Below are positions 20,308-30,629 of a stretch of 64,000 bases of DNA, piece after piece. Source of the DNA: Gammaproteobacteria bacterium (lineage in GTDB: Bacteria; Pseudomonadota; Gammaproteobacteria; JABABF01; JAHRAO01); assembly GCA_020027215.1 (NCBI GenBank), contig JAHRAO010000003.1:10718-74717 (forward strand), written 5' to 3'. The notes below the pieces were generated by a model. It worked only from the letters and a program-made list of their open reading frames with translations. It ran no database searches and had not been told where the DNA came from. How positions within the stretch are numbered: the first letter of the stretch is position 1; each line of letters starts with the position of its first letter. The position numbers were made by a program, and so were the translations under genes.

Positions 20308-22437
20308 ATGTCTAAAAAAAAGAAAAAAGGACAGCGGGATAAATGGATACCACCTGTTCCAGTAACCAAAACCGCCGATAAGACAAGCCCGTCTGCCGCT
20401 CCCGCGAATACGGCGCCTAAGACGCTAGGGCGGACCATGCATCTTAGCATGGTGGGCAACACTCTACCCGATTGGTACATTATTCTCTTAGCATTGTTTG
20501 TCGCACTACCAGCAATTGTTGCCCCGTATGGACATAAATACGGATATTCTCCCGATTTACATATGTCGGCATATTTACAGGTCGGTGTGCCGGCGATGCT
20601 GGCAGTGCTCTTCGTCCTACAATCGTGGGGCAAAGGTATCGTTATCCCTAAGGATCGCTATTTATTTCTTTTGGCCTCGCTCATTGTATGGTCGGCAATT
20701 TCTATAAGTTGGGCGCACAATTTATACGAAGCCGTGGTCAAATTTTTAGACTGGGCAGCGGCGGTCGGCGGGTTTTTGTTGATTATGCTTGCCGTCAACA
20801 AACGCCATCACTTAAACTGGGTAGTAGAATTTATATTTTGGAGTGGGGTGGTATTAGGATCGCTCGGCATTGCACAATGGTTATTTAATGTCAACTGGGT
20901 GGATCAATACGCCGCCCCATCGGCAACTTTCAACAATAAAAATATGGCCGCCCAATACGGGCTTTTGACTTGGCCTTTGGGAGTTGCGCTTTTTTTACGT
21001 GCGCGCACGCCGATACAAGAATGGGTATACGGTTTGACCTCGGGAGCGATCCTGCTATTTATTATCTATACACGCACCCGGGCGGCGTGGCTATCCATTG
21101 CCTTAGAATTTACTTTATTACTCGCCTTCCTCATTTACAGTGCGCTGGTGCTCAAACGCAATTTCTTACGCGAAGGAATAAAGTTACCTATAGTGATTGT
21201 AGTATCTATATTGGTTCTCTTCTTTGCCCATTTAACTTCCGATGGTTTTCATTGGTTTTTTCTTCAGGTCGGTGAAATTGCCCAAACCACTGCTGGTCAA
21301 GTCAAATTTGACGGCACAGGCATCCACCGCATCTCAATATGGGCAAATACCTTAGCCATGATTTGGGAACACCCTTTTGGTGTCGGTGTCGGTAATTGGG
21401 TTGTCGAATACCCCCTCTATCATACCAAAGTATTGATAGACCATGAAATGAGCGAAGCGGTACAACATATTAATACGCATAATGATTATTTAGAAATTGG
21501 CGCCGAATTAGGTTGGATTGGTATAGTGATATTAATCGGTTTGGCGATTAGTCTTGGCAACAATACCTTGCGTTTAATCAAAAATGTGGATACCAGTAAC
21601 CGAGAAATTCTATTAGGGGTATCATTAGCAATAGTGGGCATATCATTTGATGCTATTTTTAGCTTTCCTTTCCAGCAACCCGTCCCCATTTTCTTACTCT
21701 GCGTCTATATCGGGATCATTGCGGTATTCAATGCGCGTGAACGCGATACTGCGATACTATCTTCTGTGTCGGCAGAGACATTTCGGCGGCTATTCAAATT
21801 GCCCCCTAAATCAGCAGAAGGAATGAAGCGGGCGATACTATTAACCGGCAGCGCAATATGTGCCGTTTTATCTATATGGGCGTTAACTGTACATATCCGG
21901 TGGTTTGATTCGGAAGTAGAATTTCGTAAAGCCACCATCAATTCACAAAAAAATGCGGCTTATGAAATGCTCCTCGCTGGGAAACGCTCCCACGAGCTAT
22001 CCCCGATGCGCGATCGCATGCTCAATTTTGTCGCTATGGGGCATATGCGGCGCGACGAATTGCCCGAAGCGGTGGAAGCATTTGAAGGCGTACTTAACAG
22101 CTACCCCCACCTCATCCATACCCTCAATAACACTGCTTTAGCGTATAGTTATGCCAAGCAGTATAGAAAAGCGGAGAAATTGTTGCGGAAATTAGTCAAA
22201 ATGCGCCCGCATTCGGCAAAAACAAAAGTCAATTTAGGGATTCTCCTTTATCAAGAATTACAGCAACCAGCCGAAGGGGTTGCCCTGTTCAAAGATGCAC
22301 TCGAAATGGAGCCCGGTTTACCGCAGCGCGAACAACTCGTCCTAGCCATTGAAACATACGAAAAATCCATGGAGACTGGGGTAAACCCCGCATCTGACAC
22401 GCCCACTGCAACGAGCACGCCCACTTCTCCAAATTAA
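20308..22437 (+). CDS. O-antigen ligase / Wzy_C family membrane protein with C-terminal TPR repeats
   Basis: Multiple TMs, ATFNNKN, TRTRAAW, R..IW...GVG.GN, HNDYLE; helical TPR-like tail. Confidence 0.8.
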   Translation: MSKKKKKGQRDKWIPPVPVTKTADKTSPSAAPANTAPKTLGRTMHLSMVGNTLPDWYIILLALFVALPAIVAPYGHKYGYSPDLHMSAYLQVGVPAMLAVLFVLQSWGKGIVIPKDRYLFLLASLIVWSAISISWAHNLYEAVVKFLDWAAAVGGFLLIMLAVNKRHHLNWVVEFIFWSGVVLGSLGIAQWLFNVNWVDQYAAPSATFNNKNMAAQYGLLTWPLGVALFLRARTPIQEWVYGLTSGAILLFIIYTRTRAAWLSIALEFTLLLAFLIYSALVLKRNFLREGIKLPIVIVVSILVLFFAHLTSDGFHWFFLQVGEIAQTTAGQVKFDGTGIHRISIWANTLAMIWEHPFGVGVGNWVVEYPLYHTKVLIDHEMSEAVQHINTHNDYLEIGAELGWIGIVILIGLAISLGNNTLRLIKNVDTSNREILLGVSLAIVGISFDAIFSFPFQQPVPIFLLCVYIGIIAVFNARERDTAILSSVSAETFRRLFKLPPKSAEGMKRAILLTGSAICAVLSIWALTVHIRWFDSEVEFRKATINSQKNAAYEMLLAGKRSHELSPMRDRMLNFVAMGHMRRDELPEAVEAFEGVLNSYPHLIHTLNNTALAYSYAKQYRKAEKLLRKLVKMRPHSAKTKVNLGILLYQELQQPAEGVALFKDALEMEPGLPQREQLVLAIETYEKSMETGVNPASDTPTATSTPTSPN

Positions 22438-23216
22438 ACCTCATTATTTGCACTATTGTGCACAGTACATTTATGTCCGGTACAGTGGCGGCTATCAGCA
22501 CTCATTAAGTAAAGATACGCATTCACCACTCTAGCGGGTGGCGGAGTTTGATCGGGCGCTTCGCCCGGGTAAGCTTTGCGGCGCATATCGGTCTGCACCG
22601 CACCCGGATCAATACTATTGACCCGAATACTCATGCACTCCAATTCATCAGCTAACACCGCCATGAGCCCTTCAAGGGCACATTTTGAAACAGCATAACC
22701 GCCCCAATACGCCTGTGGATGTCGCCCAACACAATCCGCAGACAATATCATGGACCCGTATTCCGCCGCTTGCATAAGGGGTAATAGCGATCGAGTGAGC
22801 AAAAAGACTGCACTGACATTCACTTGTAATGCGGTACGCCAATCGCTTAATGTTACATCGGCAATTGGAGATAAATCGCCCAAAAAAGCAGCATTATGTA
22901 ATACACCGTTTAATTGAGGGTAGTGCTCAGATAGAAGTTGAGCAAAACGAGCGTAATCGTTTTCATTTTCACTCTGCAGATCAAAAGGGGCAATCATAGG
23001 GGTGGGGCCACCAGCGGCGACAATGGTATCATACGTTTTCTCTAACTCCGATACATCGCGCCCGCTAATGATCGTGTGGGCACCATATTCGGCAAAGTGA
23101 ATTGCTACAGCGCGCCCAATACCGCGACTCGCCCACGTAATTAAAATATTGTGTGCGGCAAGGAGTTTAGGGTGAGGAATGTAATGGTCAGGTGGGATTT
23201 TCAATGCCGAGATCAA
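22434..23216 (-). CDS. yciK: YciK-family short-chain oxidoreductase
   Basis: LHNAA.LG, AYWGGYAVSK, RT/QTDMR.KAYPGE; downstream of a HAD phosphatase as in related genomes. Exact start uncertain. Confidence 0.8.
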   Translation of the reverse strand: MISALKIPPDHYIPHPKLLAAHNILITWASRGIGRAVAIHFAEYGAHTIISGRDVSELEKTYDTIVAAGGPTPMIAPFDLQSENENDYARFAQLLSEHYPQLNGVLHNAAFLGDLSPIADVTLSDWRTALQVNVSAVFLLTRSLLPLMQAAEYGSMILSADCVGRHPQAYWGGYAVSKCALEGLMAVLADELECMSIRVNSIDPGAVQTDMRRKAYPGEAPDQTPPPARVVNAYLYLMSADSRHCTGHKCTVHNSANNEV

Positions 23217-23862
23217 TATCTAAACAAGTTTCCCATATTTCATCCACCTGATGGATGATACGGTCAGCAGACCAATGCTGTGGAGCACTATCGTCACCAT
23301 ATCCGTAAGTAACAGCAACCGTATGACTTCCCGCACTGTTGCCCGCCGAGATATCTCGCGAATGATCACCGATAACAATGGCTTCGGTAGGCGTGCACCC
23401 TATTTTCTCACATGCCCAATAAACACCTTCGGGGTGGGGTTTAGTGTGCTGCACATGTTCAGGGCAAACGAGAATGTCCGGCGACCACGATAAAGCATTG
23501 AGGAGGGGGTCGGCATAAATCAATGGTTTATTCGTAATAATTCCCCAATGCAATGCGTGTCCATCCAAGTTTTGTAATAATTGAGTGATACCATTAAACG
23601 GACGGCTATTGATATAGTGCTGGTTATAGCACGCAAGTAATTGTTGGCGTTTACGCTCTAACTCTGCTAAAGGGATAAAATCTCCACAGATCATTTTAAC
23701 TAATGCGCGCGCACCTTGGGATACATTTTTACGAATGATCGTAGCATCGGGGATGGTATACCCATTTGCCGTACAAAAGTCACGCACTGCGCTCTGAAAT
23801 TCTGGTGCAGTATCCACTAAAGTACCGTCTAAATCAAATAAGAGTGCGCGGATGATTTTCAT
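23188..23862 (-). CDS. HAD-IA phosphatase (phosphoglycolate phosphatase / MupP-like)
   Basis: FDLDGTLVDT, TNKP, KPHPE, GDH.RDI.AG; start moved to ATG at 23862. Confidence 0.85.
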   Translation of the reverse strand: MKIIRALLFDLDGTLVDTAPEFQSAVRDFCTANGYTIPDATIIRKNVSQGARALVKMICGDFIPLAELERKRQQLLACYNQHYINSRPFNGITQLLQNLDGHALHWGIITNKPLIYADPLLNALSWSPDILVCPEHVQHTKPHPEGVYWACEKIGCTPTEAIVIGDHSRDISAGNSAGSHTVAVTYGYGDDSAPQHWSADRIIHQVDEIWETCLDIDLGIENPT

Positions 23863-23929
23863 ATGACCGCAATGACACCTATTCAATGGGTGTCCGCCAT
23901 TGTTATCGTGGATGGGCTAAAGACAAAAT

Positions 23930-24556
23930 CTAATTGGGTGGCACTTGTTTATCTACTTGCTCCTGCAATTCTTCAAATGCTTTATCCCCGCGAAAGCGTT
24001 GCCATAACGCACGCTCATTGTCGTAGCTGCTTTTCACTGAATTTTGTAACGCCTGTTTCCTCGCCTCAGGGTTCATACCGATTAATACATATATTCTCCC
24101 ATGTGGACCAACAAGGCTTTTGATAATGTGCGAACCGATCAGGTTTTCCTTCGCAATAGTGCGCGTGATCGATTCCGATAAACGATCAACTGTTTCTGTA
24201 TTGCCCACACCAGTGGTGCCGACATAATTTTTGATCATTTGCTCGACTTCTGTTTTCAAGCGCGTGGCTAACTTACCGCGTGCATCGGCGGCAGCAATGT
24301 CTTTCATAAAACTTAAACCTGCGGCAGATTTCTCAGCAACTCCTACCGCAGAAATTCCCACTCCAGAGATTTTTTCATCACAAATCCATGCGGGGGCGGG
24401 AGTGTTGGTGCCCGGAAAAGCACAATCTATTGGGGCAACGGATGGGGATGGGGATGGCGGAGATGCACAGTTTGCTAATATCATTGCGCCTACACTCAAA
24501 AAAAAGCCACTCAATGGACGATTATTCATACTCATTGTATTCTCCTCGGTTGCCAA
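23930..24556 (-). CDS. LPP20-like lipoprotein
   Basis: Lipobox LANC, Pro-rich linker, AP.WIC, AVG.A, A.A.AR..LA. True start may be one of the internal Met codons. Confidence 0.65.
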   Translation of the reverse strand: MATEENTMSMNNRPLSGFFLSVGAMILANCASPPSPSPSVAPIDCAFPGTNTPAPAWICDEKISGVGISAVGVAEKSAAGLSFMKDIAAADARGKLATRLKTEVEQMIKNYVGTTGVGNTETVDRLSESITRTIAKENLIGSHIIKSLVGPHGRIYVLIGMNPEARKQALQNSVKSSYDNERALWQRFRGDKAFEELQEQVDKQVPPN

Positions 24557-24624
24557 TTATGCAATGGTTATATTATACTATCTCGTATTGCGTAAAAGTA
24601 TAATTGCTATAGCAATACCCACCT

Positions 24625-25266
24625 ATGAATGAACGATCGCTTTCGACATTAGACCGTGTGCTCATGCATGCGGGGCGTATGTTAAATACTTTAGCACATG
24701 GAGCACAAGCCGAACGTCCATCACCTGCTGAAAATGCTCCAGCTGATGATTTACTGCCGCATGAAAAACGCCACGCGGGTGCTTTGATGCGCATCAATCA
24801 TGCGGGCGAAATATGTGCACAAGCCCTCTACGAAGGGCAAGCCCTTGCGGCAAAAGATCCCGCTATTCGGCGGTTTATGGTATGCGCCGCACGGGAAGAA
24901 AACGATCACCTCGCGTGGTGTGAGCAACGGATCACTCAGCTCGGCACGACATCTAGCCTGCTCAACCCGCTATGGTATTCACTATCATTTGGCATCGGGT
25001 GGGGAATGGGACGTGCCGGCGATAAAATTAATCTCGGCTTCCTCGCCGCAACTGAAGAAAATGTATGCACGCATTTGCAAAAACACGACGCACTGCTTCC
25101 CGCCAATGACCAAAAAAGCCGTGCCATTGTGCAGCAAATGATTGAGGATGAACGCGCACATGGAACGGAAGCGTTGAACATTGGCGGAATGCCATTCCCC
25201 GCCCCTGTCAAACATGCGATGATGGTTTCTTCCCGAGTCATGACCGGGTTGAGTTATTACATCTAA
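24625..25266 (+). CDS. coq7: Demethoxyubiquinone hydroxylase (Coq7 di-iron)
   Basis: GLMRINHAGE-like ALMRINHAGEICAQALY, EENDHLAWC, SLLNPLWY, DERAH. Confidence 0.92.
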   Translation: MNERSLSTLDRVLMHAGRMLNTLAHGAQAERPSPAENAPADDLLPHEKRHAGALMRINHAGEICAQALYEGQALAAKDPAIRRFMVCAAREENDHLAWCEQRITQLGTTSSLLNPLWYSLSFGIGWGMGRAGDKINLGFLAATEENVCTHLQKHDALLPANDQKSRAIVQQMIEDERAHGTEALNIGGMPFPAPVKHAMMVSSRVMTGLSYYI

Positions 25267-25667
25267 TTCGGTTGTGTTGGCGCTGACGGAAGGCACATAA
25301 ACTGCACTAAAATTGCTGCTGGATCGCGGCAATAGAAACTGCGGGAGCGATCGCGGTGGGTGCATGGCGGATGGACAATAGGCACTCCTTGAGCAGACAA
25401 AAAATCATGCCAGCGATCAACGGCGTGCATGCTGTCAAGGATAAAGCCAATATGATCTAAACGAGCATTAGATTCTTGACCCATCATATGACGATGTAAA
25501 GCTAAGTTATCCGTTCCGTTGGTCAAATAAACATTATCTTCATCGGGAGACCAATCCACAGTCATACCCACTAAATGGGTATAAAATTCTACAGTTTGAG
25601 AAAAGCAATGGTCGGGAATACGCAATGCGACGTGTGCTAAGCCAATCAAATGCGCTGGTCGTGTCAT
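25263..25667 (-). CDS. VOC / glyoxalase family protein
   Basis: GLAHVAL, FY..LVG, LDHIGF, SFYCRDP; start moved to 25667 (ATGA overlap with the OsmC gene stop). Confidence 0.85.
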   Translation of the reverse strand: MTRPAHLIGLAHVALRIPDHCFSQTVEFYTHLVGMTVDWSPDEDNVYLTNGTDNLALHRHMMGQESNARLDHIGFILDSMHAVDRWHDFLSAQGVPIVHPPCTHRDRSRSFYCRDPAAILVQFMCLPSAPTQPN

Positions 25668-26110
25668 TCTGCGACCATTTCGTATGAATGTGCAATTTGA
25701 ACACCCCCACGGCGCAACATCGCCGCTGCCGAACAATATTTTTCTGCCGATAGGCGAACTGCTCGGGCGACGTGGGTTTCAGATAAGTCATCTCCCCGCA
25801 CTTGAAAATGCAAATGAATATTTTCAAATACTGACGGAACAGTATCAGTGCGTGTCGCTTTAATCTGCATCCGGCAGAGAACCATTTTTTGCCGTGCCTT
25901 GCTCAAGATAGTCACCACATCATACGCCGCACATCCGCCCATGCCCATTAAAAGCACCTCCATCGGGCGCGCACCGCGATCGCGCCCGCCATGATCTATT
26001 GGACCATCCATCCGTACGCTATGGCCCTTGTCGGTTTCTCCACAAAAAGTGACTTCTTGCTCCCAATTAATATTCACCTGCATTGTCTCACCCATACTCT
26101 CCTCCTTCAC
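25664..26110 (-). CDS. OsmC family protein (YhfA-like)
   Basis: G.RPME..LMGMGGC..YDV, LSAEKYCS. Start may be at an internal Met. Confidence 0.88.
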   Translation of the reverse strand: MKEESMGETMQVNINWEQEVTFCGETDKGHSVRMDGPIDHGGRDRGARPMEVLLMGMGGCAAYDVVTILSKARQKMVLCRMQIKATRTDTVPSVFENIHLHFQVRGDDLSETHVARAVRLSAEKYCSAAAMLRRGGVQIAHSYEMVAE

Positions 26111-26900
26111 TATGATTAGATTGTGTAAAAAACAATTCTTGTAATCGTTTGTCGGGGCGTTCGGTGCGCATTAATGCTTCCCCAACTAGAAATGCGCGCA
26201 CATTATGGGCATACATTTGTTGCACAATCTGCGCACTATTCACTCCACTTTCACAGATAGCAACCCTATCGGCAGGAATGCTTTTAGATAAGGACAGCGT
26301 AGTCGCAATATCGGTCTTAAAAGTATGCAAATTGCGATTATTGATGCCGATTAAGAGTGTTTCGGTTTCCAATGCCGCCGCTAACTCATCTGCACAATGC
26401 ACTTCAATGATAATATCCAAATCAATTTCACGCGCTATCGCCACCATAGCCGGCAATAAATCTCCCGGTAATATCGCCGCAATTAACAGAGCACAATCGG
26501 CACCCATTGCACGCGTTTCATATAGCTGATAAGGGTCAATGATAAAATCTTTGCGCAAAATTGGTAAATGACAGGTTGAATGCACTTCCCGCAGGTGTGC
26601 TTCATCGCCGTAAAAAAATTGTTTATCGGTGAGCACCGACAAACAAGTCGCACCGCCTTGCGCATAATAAGAGGCAATAGCCTGCGGATGATAATCGGCG
26701 CATATGATGCCGCAGCTCGGAGAACCTTTTTTCAGCTCAGCAATGACCGCCACATTTTGTTTGCTCTCCCGACAAACGGCAGCAACAAAACCGCGACATG
26801 GCGGTAAATCTATGCATTGCGCTTTGAGGGTGAGGAGGGGCTTTTGATTTTTAAGCTGTTCTATTTCACTCCGCTTATGGGCAATGATCTGTTCAAGCAT
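26088..26900 (-). CDS. trpC: Indole-3-glycerol phosphate synthase
   Basis: IAELKKGSPS.G, LSVLTD, LRKDFI, GINNRNL, ESG, LVGE; start taken at MLEQII. Confidence 0.93.
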   Translation of the reverse strand: MLEQIIAHKRSEIEQLKNQKPLLTLKAQCIDLPPCRGFVAAVCRESKQNVAVIAELKKGSPSCGIICADYHPQAIASYYAQGGATCLSVLTDKQFFYGDEAHLREVHSTCHLPILRKDFIIDPYQLYETRAMGADCALLIAAILPGDLLPAMVAIAREIDLDIIIEVHCADELAAALETETLLIGINNRNLHTFKTDIATTLSLSKSIPADRVAICESGVNSAQIVQQMYAHNVRAFLVGEALMRTERPDKRLQELFFTQSNHSEGGEYG

Positions 26901-27924
26901 CTGCGGACAATAAGGCACTAAAATTAATCCATTCTTTGAGTTTTTCCCGCGCTTGGCCTGAAGCAATGAGGTCATGGCTCATCGCCACACCCTGTTGTAG
27001 AGTGTTGGTGATACCACTTACATATAAAACTGCTCCAGCATTGAGTGATACCATGCGCCCAGGGGCAGAATCTTCTTCGCGTAAAGCGCGGTGGAACATT
27101 GCCACACTCTCATCAAGATTGTGCACTGTTAATTCATCTCTATCGTGAGTACTCAATGCAAAATCATTCGGGTGAATGACATATTCTGTAATAACGCCAT
27201 CCTTTAATTCCACCACAAATGTCTGTGCACTCAGGCTAATTTCATCCAATCCATCGGCAGAATGGACGACCATTACTTTTTTGCTCTGCACGCGCTGCAA
27301 AATTTCAGCTAACGGGCGACACCACCGGCGATCATAGACGCCTAACAATTGACATGGCACTGCTGCCGGATTGAGTAAAGGGCCGAGAAGGTTAAATAGA
27401 GTACGCACTCCGATTTCGCGGCGCACAGGAGCAACGTGTTTCATAGCTGGGTGGTAAATTGGCGCAAACATAAAACCTATACCAATCTCTTGCACCGAGC
27501 GCACCACCACATCGGGATGACAATCAATGGCAATTTTGAGTGCCCTCAGCACATCAGCACTGCCGGTCACGCTGCTCACCGCACGGTTGCCGTGTTTGGC
27601 GACATGCGCTCCACCTGCGGCGGAGACTATTGCCGCCGCAGTGGACACATTGAAAAGACCGCCATCATCGCCCCCAGTCCCACAATTATCGACTAAATGC
27701 GGCACATTAAGAGGTACCGATCGAGCGAGACTCCGTAATACCTGCACCGCACTCACCAATTCATCCACTGTTTCCCCTTTCATACGCCATGCAATCAGTA
27801 GAGCCGCTAACTGACTCGGCATAATCTGCCCTTCTTCCATAACTTGATGAAAAACAGTCGCAACTTCTTCCGCTGTTAAATCATGTCCAGTAACAAAATG
27901 CTGAATAGACTGTTGTATATTCAT
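26893..27924 (-). CDS. trpD: Anthranilate phosphoribosyltransferase
   Basis: D.CGTGGD, FNVST, KHGNR..SS..GSAD, RTLFNLLGPL, DGLDE. Confidence 0.95.
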   Translation of the reverse strand: MNIQQSIQHFVTGHDLTAEEVATVFHQVMEEGQIMPSQLAALLIAWRMKGETVDELVSAVQVLRSLARSVPLNVPHLVDNCGTGGDDGGLFNVSTAAAIVSAAGGAHVAKHGNRAVSSVTGSADVLRALKIAIDCHPDVVVRSVQEIGIGFMFAPIYHPAMKHVAPVRREIGVRTLFNLLGPLLNPAAVPCQLLGVYDRRWCRPLAEILQRVQSKKVMVVHSADGLDEISLSAQTFVVELKDGVITEYVIHPNDFALSTHDRDELTVHNLDESVAMFHRALREEDSAPGRMVSLNAGAVLYVSGITNTLQQGVAMSHDLIASGQAREKLKEWINFSALLSADA

Positions 27925-28520
27925 TGAATTGATAAGCGATCTGGGGCAATAAAATTCTGCAACAAAGCATGCCCGTGTTCGCTCATGACCGCTTCAGGAT
28001 GAAATTGCATTCCTTCCACATTGTATTGATTGTGACGAATGCCCATAATCTCATCCCGTTCTCCCTGTTCGTTTAAGCTCCATGCCGTCGTTTGTAAACA
28101 ATCTGGCAATGTTTCCTTTTGAACAATGAGGGAATGGTAGCGGGTAGCTGTAAAAGGGCACGCAATATTGCGATAGATTTTTTTTCCATCATGCGTGATG
28201 CGAGAAACTTTACCATGCATAATTCGGCGGGCGCGCACAACTTCACCACCAAAAACGCGAGCAATACATTGATGCCCCAAACATACCCCTAATATCGGTA
28301 TGGTGGGAGCAAAATGGCGCACCAAGTCCATTGCGATTCCTGAATTTTCTGGGATACCTGGACCGGGGGAGATGACAATGCGTTCCGGGTTGAGTGTGAC
28401 AATTTGCTCAATACTGATTTCGTCATTGCGATGCACTTCTACTTGCGCATTTAATTGCTGTAAATAATGCACCAAATTATAGGTAAAAGAATCGTAATTG
28501 TCTAGCATAAATACTTTCAT
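27921..28520 (-). CDS. trpG: Anthranilate synthase component II (glutamine amidotransferase)
   Basis: DNYDSFTYNL, SPGPG, GVCLGHQ, RYHSL, QFHPE; upstream of trpD. Confidence 0.9.
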   Translation of the reverse strand: MKVFMLDNYDSFTYNLVHYLQQLNAQVEVHRNDEISIEQIVTLNPERIVISPGPGIPENSGIAMDLVRHFAPTIPILGVCLGHQCIARVFGGEVVRARRIMHGKVSRITHDGKKIYRNIACPFTATRYHSLIVQKETLPDCLQTTAWSLNEQGERDEIMGIRHNQYNVEGMQFHPEAVMSEHGHALLQNFIAPDRLSIQ

Positions 28521-28663
28521 TGCCCAAATCCCATGTGTGTGCCTTATTGTAATCCATTCATACGAGAGTAAATTATCTGTCGTGTATTTTCCTCCTAGAA
28601 TGTTTGTAACTGATGGTCGGCAATGTATACATCATCATGACTCCCTTAAGGTAAAATACCACT

Positions 28664-30598
28664 ATGGCAACACTCCGCAACGCACGAGGCACATATTTGA
28701 TTGACCGCAAACAATATGCCGATCTCTATCACCAATCCATTACGCACAATGAAGAATTTTGGGCACAACAAGGACGCCGCATTGATTGGATAAAACCTTA
28801 CACAGCAGAGCAGGTTAAACGAGTCAGTTACGCACGCGATGATTTGCATATTCGCTGGTATGCAGATGGCACACTCAATGTCTGCGCAAATTGCATTGAC
28901 CGTCATTTAGCGACGAAAAGCGAACACACCGCTATCATCTGGGAGGGCGATGAACCCGGTCAACACATACATATTTCTTACCGCCAGCTTCATCGTGAAG
29001 TGTGCCAATTTGCCAATGCCCTGCAATCACTCGGCGTACAAAAAGGCGATTGTGTCACCATCTATATGCCTATGATTCCCGAGGCTGCTTACGCTATGCT
29101 CGCTTGTGCGCGTATCGGTGCGATCCATTCAGTCGTATTTGGTGGATTCTCACCCACCGCATTATCCGAGCGCATTAGTGACTGTCAATCACGCTGGCTG
29201 GTCACCGCCGATGAAGGCGTGCGCGGCGGCAAAACTATTCCCCTCAAAGAGAATGTAGACCATGCACTCTCTTCGTTACCTCTTGTGGAAAAAGTATTGG
29301 TTGTCCCCCATAACGATGCACAGATCAATTGGGTAGAGGGAAGGGATATCAACTATAGCACATTAAAACCCTCTTTGGCGACCGATTGCCCTGCAGTAGA
29401 GATGAACGCCGAAGATCCGCTCTTTATTCTCTACACTTCTGGCTCGACAGGCAAACCGAAAGGTGTTTTACATACCTGTGGTGGCTATTTAGTTTACGCC
29501 GCACTCACCCACCAATACGTATTTGATTATCAAGAAGGCGACATTTATTGGTGCACAGCAGATGTCGGCTGGATTACTGGACATAGTTACCTTATTTATG
29601 GTCCCTTAGCCAATGGGGCGACCACGCTTATGTTTGCTAGTGTGCCCACTTATCCCGATGCACGCCGTATATGGCAAGTATGCGATACACATCAAGTCAC
29701 CATATGCTATACCGCCCCTACTCTTATTCGCACTTTGATGCGCGAAGGCGACGCCCCCGTGCAAGCGACTTCAAGGAGCAGTTTGCGTTTGTTAGGAACG
29801 GTGGGAGAACCCATTAATCCACAAGCGTGGGAATGGTATTATCAAGTGGTCGGCAATGCGACATGTCCAATCGTGGATACATGGTGGCAAACTGAAACCG
29901 GCGGTATTTTAATCACGCCTTTGCCCGGGGCAACCGATCTGAAACCGGGATCAGCCACTCGTCCATTTTTTGGCATCCAGCCAGCCATTGTTAATGATCG
30001 CGGTGCCGTTTTAAGCGGCACCGCAAGTGGCAATTTAGTCATCACCGATAGTTGGCCCGGTCAAATGCGCACTATCTACGGTAATCACCAGCGTTTTATT
30101 GACACTTATTTTTCTACTTTTGACGGAATGTACTTTACCGGTGATGGAGCGCGTCGAGATGAAGATGGTTACTATTGGCTCACTGGACGTATAGACGATG
30201 TGATCAATGTGGCGGGACATCGTATCGGCACTGCAGAAATTGAGAGCGCACTCGTCGCCCACCCATCGGTTGCTGAATCTGCGGTAGTCGGTTATCCACA
30301 CCATACTAAAGGTGAAGGAATTTACTGTTACGTCACACCCGTTATTGATGTCATTCCCGATGATGATTTGCGCAGTGCATTGATTCAGCAAGTGAGAGAT
30401 ACTATTGGCGCTTTTGCGACCCCTGATTACATTCAGTGGGCGACGTCATTGCCCAAAACACGGTCGGGAAAAATTATGCGCCGCATTTTACGGCACATTG
30501 CCAGCAACAACTATACCGATTTAGGCGACACCTCTACATTAGCGAATAAAGAAAGTATAGATACCCTCATTGCCGAGCGCCTGAATAGTCATCTATAG
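28664..30598 (+). CDS. acs: Acetyl-CoA synthetase
   Basis: [33 protein letters not shown]. Confidence 0.96.
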   Translation: MATLRNARGTYLIDRKQYADLYHQSITHNEEFWAQQGRRIDWIKPYTAEQVKRVSYARDDLHIRWYADGTLNVCANCIDRHLATKSEHTAIIWEGDEPGQHIHISYRQLHREVCQFANALQSLGVQKGDCVTIYMPMIPEAAYAMLACARIGAIHSVVFGGFSPTALSERISDCQSRWLVTADEGVRGGKTIPLKENVDHALSSLPLVEKVLVVPHNDAQINWVEGRDINYSTLKPSLATDCPAVEMNAEDPLFILYTSGSTGKPKGVLHTCGGYLVYAALTHQYVFDYQEGDIYWCTADVGWITGHSYLIYGPLANGATTLMFASVPTYPDARRIWQVCDTHQVTICYTAPTLIRTLMREGDAPVQATSRSSLRLLGTVGEPINPQAWEWYYQVVGNATCPIVDTWWQTETGGILITPLPGATDLKPGSATRPFFGIQPAIVNDRGAVLSGTASGNLVITDSWPGQMRTIYGNHQRFIDTYFSTFDGMYFTGDGARRDEDGYYWLTGRIDDVINVAGHRIGTAEIESALVAHPSVAESAVVGYPHHTKGEGIYCYVTPVIDVIPDDDLRSALIQQVRDTIGAFATPDYIQWATSLPKTRSGKIMRRILRHIASNNYTDLGDTSTLANKESIDTLIAERLNSHL

Positions 30599-30629
30599 AA
30601 GACAGTATAACCATAACACTATAGGACCA

